DNA of 64,000 nt from Candidatus Avilachnospira sp. (GCA_045580485.1 JAZNNW010000129.1:723-64722); one strand, 5' to 3'. Shown: positions 38,370 through 47,385, counted from the first letter of the stretch. Numbers and translations: made by a program. Notes: generated by a model not told the origin, from the letters alone.

Positions 38370-39200
38370 TTAACCAATAATCAAGTCAACAGCTTTGGAA
38401 GCTGCGCCGCTGGCTTGTACGATCATTCGTTTATCATTTTTCAATGCACTCAACCAGCTTTGGACATATGCGGCATTGTTACGCAGTGATTTTTTCGTTT
38501 CAATGCCTGTGTAGTTTAGAAGGGCGGCGGCTCCGATCTCTGCAACCAATTCTTCTTTGCTATACTCAGCATTGCCGAAATGCGCTGTTGCCTTCAGACG
38601 ATTTAGGCGGCTGTAATGACCTGTGCTGTGCGCCAGTTCATGAAAGGCTGTGCTAAAATACTCTGACACGCTGTTAAATTGCTCTCTAAGCGGCAAAACT
38701 ACGCAATCTCTTGACGGACTATAATAGGCTTCATCGCCCCGCTGATGACGAATTGCAAGGTTCACCCGCTGGCAGTAATCAGAGATAATATGGTCGGCGG
38801 CGGGATGGGTGATCTCTATCGTTTGCCGCTGCTGTAACTCAATGCCTTCGCACTGATCCACATGAAAGACACTGTAATATTTAAGCATTGGAATTGTTTT
38901 ATCAATCGGCTGTCCTACTTCGTCCTGCTCAGTAACCTTGACTTGTTTCCAGAATACTACAATCTGCGCTTTTTCGTCCTTGCGAACATGACCGCCTTTT
39001 GCCAATACCTGATTATAGGTGTAATATTCTCCGGGCTTGCCCAATAGCATTTGATTCAGCAAGCTATATGCTTTACCTGTTGCACCGCTGATTGCGCCGC
39101 TCTGTGTGCCTGTCCACGGCTTTTCCCATGGAATTACACCTTTTTCCAACTGCCCTATGATCCTATCTGTAATAACACTGTAAATATCGAAATTAGCCAT
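38370..39200 (-). CDS. ardC: ArdC-like antirestriction protein (ssDNA-binding N-domain + zincin metalloprotease)
   Basis: N-terminal IPWEKPW and YSVFHVDQCEGI; HExxH = FHELAHSTGH. Confidence 0.85.
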   Translation of the reverse strand: MANFDIYSVITDRIIGQLEKGVIPWEKPWTGTQSGAISGATGKAYSLLNQMLLGKPGEYYTYNQVLAKGGHVRKDEKAQIVVFWKQVKVTEQDEVGQPIDKTIPMLKYYSVFHVDQCEGIELQQRQTIEITHPAADHIISDYCQRVNLAIRHQRGDEAYYSPSRDCVVLPLREQFNSVSEYFSTAFHELAHSTGHYSRLNRLKATAHFGNAEYSKEELVAEIGAAALLNYTGIETKKSLRNNAAYVQSWLSALKNDKRMIVQASGAASKAVDLIIG

Positions 39201-39324
39201 TGCTCCTGATCCTTTCTAATTGAAAGACGGGACAGCCTGTGTTATACTGTTTACGCTGCCCCGCCGTGGGTGGTGTCAAGTCCTATGCGCTCTTGCTTTG
39301 GTCGGCTGGCGCATGGGGCTTTTC

Positions 39325-39603
39325 TTATGCGCTTACAGAGAAGCGGCGGCTTGCGCTCTGTTTTGTGAAACTTTTATACAGATCGCCATGCTCTTTTTTG
39401 AATGCAGAACTATCAAAGCGGTTGCTGATTACGGAAGTCCAGCGGATAATATAGCGTCCTGCTTGTAATTCCTCCGTGTCTCTTTCAAGCATTTCGGCTT
39501 TCAAACTGTCTTTGATCGCTTCTGCTTCGGCTGCGGCCTCAGCTGCAAGTGCCTCCCATTCCTGCATCTTTGCAATGCGTACTTCCATTTCGTTGATACT
39601 CAT
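39325..39603 (-). CDS. Hypothetical 92-aa coiled-coil protein
   Basis: Track ORF with an AAAGGAG RBS; no domain recognised. Confidence 0.5.
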   Translation of the reverse strand: MSINEMEVRIAKMQEWEALAAEAAAEAEAIKDSLKAEMLERDTEELQAGRYIIRWTSVISNRFDSSAFKKEHGDLYKSFTKQSASRRFSVSA

Positions 39604-39656
39604 GCTTCTATCTCCTTTCTGTTATTTGGCTTTATGTTGCCTTGTGCTTGTATTAT

Positions 39657-39771
39657 AAAGGAAAACCTTGATAATGTCAAGGACAAAATTTAAGGTTTTC
39701 CTTTAAATTGTGTTTATAATTTTGCTATTATAAAGGTTATCATTGACATTGCGACATTTTGGTGGTAAAAT
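39657..39771. promoter_or_regulatory. Divergent control region: 13-bp inverted repeat operator plus consensus promoter
   Basis: AAAGGAAAACCTT (39657-69) / AAGGTTTTCCTTT (39692-704) with an inner CCTTGA..TCAAGG. Promoter is TTGACA (39743-48), 17 nt, TAAAAT (39766-71). Confidence 0.55.
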
Positions 39772-39793
39772 CAACTCGAAAGGAAGTGATACC

Positions 39794-40003
39794 GTGACGA
39801 ATGCGCAGAAGATCAAAATGGCTTTGGCATATAAGAACATGAGCGAATCGGAGTTAGCAAGACAGTTTGGGAGTAGTCCGCAAGCCTTTAATCAAAGAAT
39901 GAAAACCGATAAGTTTACTACAGCTGATTTGGAGAAGATTGCTGCTATTTTGGGAGCAAAGTATATTTTTGCTTTTGAGTTTGAGGATGGGACAAAAATA
40001 TAA
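39794..40003 (+). CDS. Small XRE-family HTH protein
   Basis: MSESELARQFGSSPQAFNQRMK; GTG 39794 after AAAGGAAGTGA. Confidence 0.65.
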   Translation: MTNAQKIKMALAYKNMSESELARQFGSSPQAFNQRMKTDKFTTADLEKIAAILGAKYIFAFEFEDGTKI

Positions 40004-40129
40004 AAGTTCGTATAATTCCAATAATACGAACAGCAAAATCCAGTAATTTTGGAATATTTCCATAATCAACAGAATTTTACGAACTATTACTCGGAAAAAT
40101 ACGAACTTTTCAAAGATGGGGGCGGGAAC

Positions 40130-40693
40130 ATGAACAAGAAAACTGTGGCACTAACAACAGAAAAATATAGAGAAATAATTGATACAATGCGCTGCGGCTT
40201 TTGTGGTTGTCGTCCTAATGATCGAATTGCAACGGCTCTTGTGCTGGAAGGGAATCTTGGTATCAGAATCAGCGATATACTCAAGTTGCACCCGTGTGAT
40301 ATTGTGCGGGATGGTGATAGATACCGCCTTGAGATCACCGAACAGAAAACAGGGAAAAGCAGAGTGTTTACAGTTCCGCTTGTAATCCACCAGTATATTG
40401 AAAACTATTGCTTGCGTAATGGTATAGGCCGCAATGATTTGATATTTCCCATATCAGAAAGAGCAGTACAAAAACAACTAAAGATCGTTTGTGATTACCT
40501 CGGCTTTGAGGGTATCAGCACACACAGCTTCCGCAAATGGTATGCAACAGAGATTTATAAGGCAAACGATTATGATATTTCCCTTGTTCAGCGTTTGCTT
40601 CAGCACAGTAGCGCCGCTGTGACGCAAAAATATATTGGTATTGAACCGCAGAGAATCGAACAGGCAATTTCTAACCATGCGTTATTGATGTAG
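40130..40693 (+). CDS. Short (187-aa) tyrosine recombinase, catalytic domain only (FimB/FimE-sized)
   Basis: GIRISDIL (Arg), HSFRKWYAT (HxxR), LQHSSAAVTQKYI (His..Tyr). Start ATG 40130. Confidence 0.75.
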   Translation: MNKKTVALTTEKYREIIDTMRCGFCGCRPNDRIATALVLEGNLGIRISDILKLHPCDIVRDGDRYRLEITEQKTGKSRVFTVPLVIHQYIENYCLRNGIGRNDLIFPISERAVQKQLKIVCDYLGFEGISTHSFRKWYATEIYKANDYDISLVQRLLQHSSAAVTQKYIGIEPQRIEQAISNHALLM

Positions 40694-40849
40694 TCCACCG
40701 GGGATGTAGTAAAAGAGGGGGGTGCTTTTCGGCTTTTTTGCTTTTTTATTTTCATTTTTACCCTTAGTACACTCACTCAAAATATATGAGCAAAATTTTT
40801 TCGATACGCTAAATAACCGCTGTAACCTCTAATCATAAGGTTACGGCGG

Positions 40850-41161
40850 TTATTTTTGCACTAATCTTTTTGTAAAATCAAGGATGCGTTCAAAATCTTC
40901 ATAGTCCAACCGCTTAATCAATTCCATAATTTCATGCATCTTCTCTGGATCATCTGTGCCTTCATCAAAAAATTCAGACATTGTTATGTCAAAGTAATCA
41001 GCCAGGTTGAAAAGCTGTTTTACAGAAGGCAGTGCTTTGCCAGAAGTAATTCCCTGAATGTAGCTTTTGCTTTGACCTAATTCCAAGGACATACGATATT
41101 CAGATACATTCTTTTTCATTCGCAACGCAGTGATCCGCTCAGCAATAAAGCGTTCATCCAT
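40850..41161 (-). CDS. XRE-family HTH regulator
   Basis: NVSEYRMSLELGQSKSYIQGITSGK; ATG 41161 after GAGGTGA; divergent from the three-gene module at 41364-43919. Confidence 0.8.
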   Translation of the reverse strand: MDERFIAERITALRMKKNVSEYRMSLELGQSKSYIQGITSGKALPSVKQLFNLADYFDITMSEFFDEGTDDPEKMHEIMELIKRLDYEDFERILDFTKRLVQK

Positions 41162-41260
41162 CGGCAATCACCTCATGTATATGATACAAAAACTAAAGCA
41201 AGCAGAGTCTGATATTATCAGCTAATTTCTTGCATCAGTTGCTGATATTACCGATATGCC

Positions 41261-41290
41261 TTGTAATCTACCGCCAAAATCTGCTATAAT
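41261..41290 (+). promoter_or_regulatory. Promoter with extended -10 for the 41364-43919 module
   Basis: TTGTAA (41261-66), 18 nt, TGcTATAAT (41282-90). A CTGATAtTATCAG palindrome lies upstream. Confidence 0.45.
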
Positions 41291-41363
41291 AAAGCACAAA
41301 CAGTGGGTTTGCACAGAAATTATCGGTAATTCGATTGTTGACGAAGAAATGAGGTGCGCTACC

Positions 41364-42290
41364 ATGATTGATCAGGCAATCATACAAAGATATATTGACG
41401 CATCATGCGCCAACAGAAATGAAAAGAGTAAAAACAACCTTGCTGTGCTTTTGGCCAAGTTTTTCAGCCTAAGCCCTGGCTTAAGCCTTGATAATCTTAC
41501 AAGGCAACACTTAATACAGATGCTTACTGAGTCCAGCATTATGTCAATGAACACATTTGACTCATTTAAGTCCAAAGTCAAGGGCTTCTTAAAGTGGCTG
41601 TGTGACAACGGGTACTGCCCTGAAGAATTGCTTGAAAGCTGGCAGAGCATACGCTTTTCTGACATTGATCGTTCAGATTTTTACGACAGATTTTATTTTA
41701 AAGACTACTCCGATCTGTATGACACGATACAGGTTGTGTTTGGAGATGCTTCTTCCGAATACGATACATTCAAAGCGGCGGCAACATTGGTATGGTTTGG
41801 CATCGACATTAATGATTTGCCCAATATTTTGAAGGATGATCTTTTCGAAACTGCCGGGTATATAATTGCTCCTGTGACAAAAAGGAGGATATATCTGCCC
41901 AAGGTTGCTGTAAAGCAACTCGAATCCTATAAAAATGCAGACGCTTATGACTCTGCTAAATTTGGTGGTTGCATCGTACCATATGTTGAAAGCCAATATT
42001 TGTTCCGTAGCTATAAAAATGAACGGCTTACAGTTAAACAGTTAACTAATATATCTGCTGCGGCAAATCGTGTTGCCGCTGATTTCCCAAAAACATTTCA
42101 ATGGAATAGGATATTCCTTTCTGGCCTGTATAAGAGGCTGCTTGACACCGAAAACCAGTTTGGGGAAATCGGAAAGACAAACTATGATAAGCTGAGAGAT
42201 TTCTTTGGTGAATCCCTCTCAGAGCAGATACTTTCACAAAAATACAAAGAGTATCAGTCTTACAGGGAGTATATGTACTCCCAATATTAA
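41364..42290 (+). CDS. Tyrosine-recombinase-like protein apparently lacking catalytic residues
   Basis: N-terminal SAM-like core-binding pattern (FKSKVKGFLKWLCDNGY). The C-terminal half is colinear with integrase folds, but I cannot find the R..HxxR..Y residues by eye. Confidence 0.5.
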   Translation: MIDQAIIQRYIDASCANRNEKSKNNLAVLLAKFFSLSPGLSLDNLTRQHLIQMLTESSIMSMNTFDSFKSKVKGFLKWLCDNGYCPEELLESWQSIRFSDIDRSDFYDRFYFKDYSDLYDTIQVVFGDASSEYDTFKAAATLVWFGIDINDLPNILKDDLFETAGYIIAPVTKRRIYLPKVAVKQLESYKNADAYDSAKFGGCIVPYVESQYLFRSYKNERLTVKQLTNISAAANRVAADFPKTFQWNRIFLSGLYKRLLDTENQFGEIGKTNYDKLRDFFGESLSEQILSQKYKEYQSYREYMYSQY

Positions 42291-42328
42291 ATTGCTGCCT
42301 TGAATGCTTCGCACAAAGGAGGAGTTAT

Positions 42329-43459
42329 ATGGCCGCTATTTTTGTGTTAATTGCGCTTGGTTTTGCTTTTATGATCCACATGGCAAAAGGAGGCCATGTT
42401 GGAATAGGCGGCGTAATACTTGTTCTTTTTGTAATAGCTCTCATAATTAGTGCGGCATTTTCTGTTGACTTTTCTATTGTTGTTATTCTTATGCTCGGTG
42501 TTATTGCGATTGTAGTAGCATGTTCCGTTCTTACTTCTATCGAAGACAGCAAAGAACAAGAGAAAAAACAACAGGAAGAAAATATTTCTAAACAGGATTT
42601 CGCTAATGCGTTGAAAACCCAGCTTAAACAAGCCACTAATCATGTTGAATTGCATGATTATTTTGCGTGGATTACTGATACCGACTTTTGTTGGTGTGAT
42701 AAAATTTGGAGCGGATTAGGTACAGAATTAACGGTGAATAGAGTTGCTATTGATGATATTAATTATTTCATCAGTTATTGTTCTATGTCCGATATAAGCA
42801 AAATTGCTCCACTTGAAGGTCGGTTTGGTGTAATTCCTAAATGGAAAATTAAAAATCAGAACTCCACAAAAATGCTGTATATTAAGGACAACACAGATTG
42901 TGTAATTGATTTCCATTATAATGATTATTCTATCATCATTGGTCTGCTACCCGAAAAAGCGCAAGAAAAGTTTATAACGCATAAACGGGACGCTGCCCTT
43001 CTTACCATGATGAAGAAAACACCCTATAAGGCATTTGCGCAGTTGGCAGATGAAATTGATGATGGAATGTTTGGCATCAAAGACGAAATACGAATAATCA
43101 GCCTACTAAAGAAGGAAATTTGTCCTCACAAAATTTGCAAGTGGGAAAACGGTAAAACTGTTTGGGTATATCTGTCATTAGAGGAACTTCGCCAAGAATT
43201 GTCACTTGAACGCTCAGTATATGAAATAGACGATTATAGATCAGGCATTCATAGTATTACAGAGTTAGAAAAACAGTCCAGAGATGTCCGAAATAACACA
43301 TCAAAACGACGAAAGTTGGCTAATACAAAGATCAAGGATTATATTTGGAAGCATTATCATGAACTAATCACTGCGGCTAATGTGGAAGAGTCTTTCCAAC
43401 GATGGAGTTATAGATTTGAAAAAAGTTATAAGGAGGTTGTAACACATGGCCCTAATTAA
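42329..43459 (+). CDS. Membrane-anchored hypothetical protein (3 N-terminal TM helices, 376 aa)
   Basis: Hydrophobic N-terminus, then a charged linker (EDSKEQEKKQQEE) and a large soluble domain without known motifs. Confidence 0.6.
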   Translation: MAAIFVLIALGFAFMIHMAKGGHVGIGGVILVLFVIALIISAAFSVDFSIVVILMLGVIAIVVACSVLTSIEDSKEQEKKQQEENISKQDFANALKTQLKQATNHVELHDYFAWITDTDFCWCDKIWSGLGTELTVNRVAIDDINYFISYCSMSDISKIAPLEGRFGVIPKWKIKNQNSTKMLYIKDNTDCVIDFHYNDYSIIIGLLPEKAQEKFITHKRDAALLTMMKKTPYKAFAQLADEIDDGMFGIKDEIRIISLLKKEICPHKICKWENGKTVWVYLSLEELRQELSLERSVYEIDDYRSGIHSITELEKQSRDVRNNTSKRRKLANTKIKDYIWKHYHELITAANVEESFQRWSYRFEKSYKEVVTHGPN

Positions 43460-43919
43460 ATGTCCTGAATGCGGTAAACAAGTTAGTGATAAAGCTCCTA
43501 CTTGTATCAATTGTGGCTGTCCATTAAATTTTCAATCAAAGAAAATCATTAGATATGGAAAACCAACCAAGTCATTCAAAACGGAAATTTTATTCAAAGA
43601 AATTTTCCCCAATTTAGGCTGGGAAGCATTGTATGCCGGACAAGAATATATAGTAATAGATGGTATTACTGAGAATTTCGCTAAAGATGTATTGCTCAAA
43701 TTTTCCGGTACGGATTTAAAGTTGGATATAGAAGATTCCTGTGAAGAAGTTCAGTATGCAAGCTACAGAGATCATGATATTATTTCTTGTCCTCGGTGTG
43801 GCTCAACAAAGTATCATGCTGGTGCAAGAGGGTATAGCATTGTTACTGGATTTATCGGAAGCGGAAAAACTATGTTGACTTGCTTAAAATGCAATCATCG
43901 CTGGAATCCGGGAAAATGA
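43446..43919 (+). CDS. Double zinc-ribbon protein (157 aa)
   Basis: CPECG..CINCGC at the N-terminus and CPRCG..CLKCNHRW at the C-terminus. Its start overlaps the preceding gene by 14 nt. Confidence 0.6.
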   Translation: MALIKCPECGKQVSDKAPTCINCGCPLNFQSKKIIRYGKPTKSFKTEILFKEIFPNLGWEALYAGQEYIVIDGITENFAKDVLLKFSGTDLKLDIEDSCEEVQYASYRDHDIISCPRCGSTKYHAGARGYSIVTGFIGSGKTMLTCLKCNHRWNPGK

Positions 43920-44164
43920 ATACATCTCTGCTATATTTAGGACAGTCCCCAATTATGGCAAATAAGATATCCTGCAAATCTCTATCGTCATAGCCTTCCA
44001 AAAGCACGGAGCGGGACACATCAATGGCGGCAACAGCTCTGCGCATTATTGTAAAGATAGCAGATTTTGTGTTGCAGTAGGTAGCATCGGCATTTCAGTT
44101 CGCCAAAGCAAAAAAAGACCGATACTCAGTGTTGAGTGTCGGTCATCTTTCATATCGGACGCAA

Positions 44165-44187
44165 CTGGTGTCAAACTGGTGTCAAAA
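44165..44187 (+). repeat. Two direct CTGGTGTCAAA repeats (int-distal arm sites of element A)
   Basis: TGGTGTCA at 44166-73 and 44177-84; same orientation and 11-nt phasing as the copies at 33506-36. Confidence 0.6.
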
Positions 44188-44240
44188 TCACTCTGACCAC
44201 TCAAAAAGTCCCCATAATTATGGGCATTTTAAGATAGATT

Positions 44241-44279
44241 TCAAATCCTGCCGTGGCAAATAAACAAGATTTTAATCAT
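44241..44279 (-). pseudogene. Displaced 5' fragment of the phosphatase gene (attachment-site scar)
   Basis: ATG ATT AAA ATC TTG TTT ATT TGC CAC GGC AGG ATT TGA = MIKILFICHGRI*, with its own AAGGAAG RBS. Colinear with 33340-33370; differences are mostly synonymous. Confidence 0.75.
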
Positions 44280-44413
44280 CGATTTTCTTCCTTAAATATA
44301 CCAATTTATACAAAACTATACCTGGTTATTCGTGACACTTTTGGGTGGTTTGCGCATCTTTGATAACTGTATTTTGGTTTCCTTTGGTATCGCTTGGTAT
44401 GGGTTTTCCATCA

Positions 44414-44456
44414 AGTGTCGTAAAAGTGTCGTAAATTCGAGAGTGTTTACGACACT
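44414..44456. repeat. AGTGTCGTAAA 11-mer: two tandem direct copies plus one inverted copy
   Basis: Copies at 44414-24 and 44425-35, with the inverted copy at 44446-56 overlapping the int stop. Candidate arm-type sites for integrase B. Confidence 0.55.
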
Positions 44457-45685
44457 CTTTTTTTACGCGGCAGACGAACATTCTCCTGTGGCAGAGAACC
44501 GATCTCCAACATCTCTTTCTGGGCATCTTCGTAGCCGATATGGGTGTAGGTGTTCAGGGTAACACCAATGTCGCTGTGGCCCATAATGTACTGCAATGTC
44601 TTGGGATTCATACCGGATTTCGCTGCGTTTGAACAGAAGGTGTGCCTGCATACGTGGGGAGTGATTTTGGGCATCTGCACCTTGTAGATGCTGTTGTACT
44701 TGTCGCAGATATGCTGAAAGTACTTCTCCCAATGCAGTGCCACCATGGGCATCCCGTTCTTATCCAGATAGAGGAAACGGCTTTTACCGCCGATGATGGG
44801 TTCTCTTTTCTGCTTCTTTCGGTTTGCGATAATGGTCACAAAGCAGTCCCGCACTTCCGGCGTCATGGGCACCATTCGAGTTCCGCAACTGGTCTTGGTC
44901 GGCTCAATGAGATACTTCATATCACGGGTGCGCTGCAGCTGATGATCGACAATAATGCGATTGTTTTCAAAGTCCACATCGTCAACAGTCAAGCCTACAA
45001 ATTCGGAGATGCGCAGCCCCGTCTTGAAGAGAATGAAAATCCCTTCGTAGTACTTGCAGAAATGCGGGTCATTCCGGACAAACTCCAGAAAGGCTCGTTC
45101 CTGCTGCCGGCTGATGGCTTCGCGGGTCACGCTGTCGTTGACCACAACCGTGTGCAACTGGAACTCAAAGGGGCTCTTCGCGAGCCAATCGTTCTCGACA
45201 GCCATCCGAAAAGCCGGTCTTACCACACCGCGGATGGAGTAGATTGTGCTGTAACCGCGCCCATCCTCCTGCAGCTTGATCAGCCATGCTTTGGCATCGT
45301 AGATCTTGACCTTGTCGATCCGTCTTTGGCCAAAGGGTTCCTTCTTGAGGATGTTCACCACAAAATTGTAATTGGCCTGTGTGTTGTGGCGCACACCTCG
45401 TTTTTGGCTGAGGTATCTCTGTACAAGCTCCAGCACCGTCAGATCTCCGCCGCCCGGGATAAGATTGTTGCTCAAGTCCTTCTGGATCTGCTGTTCTTTT
45501 TCTCTGAGAGAAAGGTCGTTCCGCTTACCTTTGGGTACTGTATCAGATGGTGTCAACTTCCAACTGTAAACAGTTCTCCGCTTGCCACCGGCATCCTGAT
45601 ACTTGTATTCGTACTTACCATCCTTGCGCTGGCTCTCTCCGTTCCATAATCTTCGACCCTTATGGTCTTTTCTTATTTCGGACAT
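44447..45685 (-). CDS. int: Tyrosine site-specific integrase (Tn916 Int-like), element B
   Basis: 412 aa, colinear with integrase A; TGLRISEF, HVCRHTF, IMGHSDIGVTLNTYTH. ATG 45685 after AAAGGAGA. Confidence 0.9.
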   Translation of the reverse strand: MSEIRKDHKGRRLWNGESQRKDGKYEYKYQDAGGKRRTVYSWKLTPSDTVPKGKRNDLSLREKEQQIQKDLSNNLIPGGGDLTVLELVQRYLSQKRGVRHNTQANYNFVVNILKKEPFGQRRIDKVKIYDAKAWLIKLQEDGRGYSTIYSIRGVVRPAFRMAVENDWLAKSPFEFQLHTVVVNDSVTREAISRQQERAFLEFVRNDPHFCKYYEGIFILFKTGLRISEFVGLTVDDVDFENNRIIVDHQLQRTRDMKYLIEPTKTSCGTRMVPMTPEVRDCFVTIIANRKKQKREPIIGGKSRFLYLDKNGMPMVALHWEKYFQHICDKYNSIYKVQMPKITPHVCRHTFCSNAAKSGMNPKTLQYIMGHSDIGVTLNTYTHIGYEDAQKEMLEIGSLPQENVRLPRKKRVS

Positions 45686-45776
45686 CAATGTCTCCTTTCT
45701 TAGGGAAAAGAGCCGAGCTATGATGTGTTTACTATATCACATATCCGGCTTATTTTCTACATGGGAGTTTGGTCTT

Positions 45777-46013
45777 TTAGATGGCGGTCATATGTTCATC
45801 CAGATACTGCTCAAACAGCTTCCGCTTGATTTGTGGACGGGTTCCGTTCCAGAGGATGTAGTTGGCATTGGGATTTTCCTCAATCAGTTTCCGCATCTTT
45901 TTATCTCCAATGCGGAAATACTTGGCGGCCTCCTGCACACTCAGGGTGTACTTCCTCCAAATCGGGATATCGCTATAATCAAAAGTTTGTTTTTCTTCTC
46001 TGGACATAGACAT
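45777..46013 (-). CDS. xis: Excisionase-like HTH protein, element B
   Basis: [23 protein letters not shown]...[19 protein letters not shown]; parallels xis of element A; start ATG 46013 or 46007. Confidence 0.75.
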   Translation of the reverse strand: MSMSREEKQTFDYSDIPIWRKYTLSVQEAAKYFRIGDKKMRKLIEENPNANYILWNGTRPQIKRKLFEQYLDEHMTAI

Positions 46014-46354
46014 CAACTTCCTGCTTTGTACTCGTCTGCACTTTACGGGTGCAAAAGTGTAGATTAACATAATGTTATTCTGGGAATGAAGAGTATCTCT
46101 ACCTGCAGAATAAAACGGGATACAGCTGAAGTCAACCCCAAATATTGAATTTTTTTGGTAGAAATGAAAATCGAACCCCATCTGATGGGGTATAATTTCG
46201 AATTTTTAACAATGATTAGTGAATAAGAAGTTAGAAATTCTTGAAAATTGAGTTTATAAAGTTAGGTATTAGTGTGCAAAATGTAAGGTTTACATAATCT
46301 TAAACAATTTTCGAGTTTTTAATTTGAAAATCGGAAATTATATGATGCCTCCCT

Positions 46355-47224
46355 TTATTGGCTCCCGGAATGGACAGGATAGGTTTTCAGCAGATCATCA
46401 ATGGGTACTTCCAGAAGCTCAGAAATCTTTTGATAGATGGTGACAGGACAAGAACGGACTCCCTTTTCATAAAGACACAGATGGTTTTGCAAAATATTCA
46501 GCATTTCTGCCAGTTGAGTTTGGGTCAAATTACGTTGCTGTCGGTGGTAGGTAATGCCACAGATATCGGTGCTTCTGGGTGTCATGGAGCAAGTGTAATT
46601 GCTGGGATAGATCTGCAGAGGACTCATGGTGGCAAAATCCAAAACATCCAGCTGCTGGTTAGGCTGTCCCCAGTTGGAGAAACGGTAGATCAGATAAGAC
46701 TTCCCCAACTGGGTCACCTTTTTGGCAGTATCATGTTCACGACTGGTAAGGGTAAAGTCGGTATCCGAAGGTCCTTCTGTAGTTTTGACTTCAATAAAGA
46801 TCGGTTTGGCATTTTCGTCAAAGGAAAGAATATCATAACCGGGGGAGTGCGTTCGCAGCTTGTAGTAGGGCAGTACCAGATGGGAAAGGGTGGGGGAAAT
46901 CCTGGTGACTCTTTCTTGTTCCATGCGAAGCGCTTCATCTTCACCATTACGACCGATCTTCGAACGAGCACCTTCCTTACACTTGCAATACGGACGATGA
47001 GGATGGGTGTCAAAGAAAGACAAGGGGACAGTGGTGAAATCGTTGGTAACCAGCGTATGGACGGGAACATCCAATACGGCAGCCAGCCGTCTGTATTTCT
47101 CGATACTCCCATAGGGGGGACGGGACTCCATTTCGCTGAGATCGGCCTGTGTGATGTTTGCCTGCTTGGCCAAGGTCACTTGGTTGATGCCCAGATACTC
47201 TCGAAGAACTGTAATGATGTGCAT
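46355..47224 (-). CDS. HTH(XRE)-DUF3883-HTH(XRE) protein
   Basis: N-terminal HTH (INQVTLAKQANITQADLSEME). Central DUF3883-like nuclease-fold core (IGRNGEDEAL...GYDILSFDENAKPIFIEVKTT...FTLTSREHDTA...YLIYRF). C-terminal HTH (LTQTQLAEMLNILQNHLCLYEKG). ATG 47224 after GGAGG. Confidence 0.7.
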   Translation of the reverse strand: MHIITVLREYLGINQVTLAKQANITQADLSEMESRPPYGSIEKYRRLAAVLDVPVHTLVTNDFTTVPLSFFDTHPHRPYCKCKEGARSKIGRNGEDEALRMEQERVTRISPTLSHLVLPYYKLRTHSPGYDILSFDENAKPIFIEVKTTEGPSDTDFTLTSREHDTAKKVTQLGKSYLIYRFSNWGQPNQQLDVLDFATMSPLQIYPSNYTCSMTPRSTDICGITYHRQQRNLTQTQLAEMLNILQNHLCLYEKGVRSCPVTIYQKISELLEVPIDDLLKTYPVHSGSQ

Positions 47225-47245
47225 ATGTATACCTCCAAATAAGTT

Positions 47246-47346
47246 GACTGACAAATATAGAATAATGTATGTCGACTGATTTTGCAAGATGGCATAATAC
47301 ACAAATTAAAAGGCGACTGACACAACATGTTGCATAAGTTGACTTA
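47246..47346 (+). promoter_or_regulatory. Iterated GACTGA/GACTTA motifs in a divergent intergenic region
   Basis: tTGACTGAca (47246-51), tcGACTGAtt (47274-79), gcGACTGAca (47315-20) and tTGACTTAtt (47341-46), between the DUF3883 gene and the small + strand gene. Confidence 0.4.
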
Positions 47347-47385
47347 TTGAGAGAATTGGACTATACTTTATCTGAGGTGGTAAGT

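Larger units (their letters stand above)
33350..44258. mobile_element. Integrative element A (~10.9 kb) inserted in the 5' end of the phosphatase gene
   Basis: The core TGCCGTGGCA occurs at 33340-49 and 44249-58, each followed by a version of the gene's first codons (MIKILFVCHG vs MIKILFICHG). int/xis sit at the left end, and TGGTGTCA arm-type repeats sit at both ends. Confidence 0.7.

Noticed and set aside
41256-41363. N-terminal 36-codon extension of the recombinase-like ORF.
   Set aside because: It overlaps the predicted promoter (-10 at 41285-90). The ATG at 41364 has a GAGGTG RBS.
43870-44047. 59-codon minus-strand ORF (MRRAVAAIDVSRSVLLEGYDDRDLQDILFAIIG...).
   Set aside because: Its 3' half is antisense to the zinc-ribbon gene and it has no RBS. 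It may be a gene fragment near the element end, but this cannot be supported.
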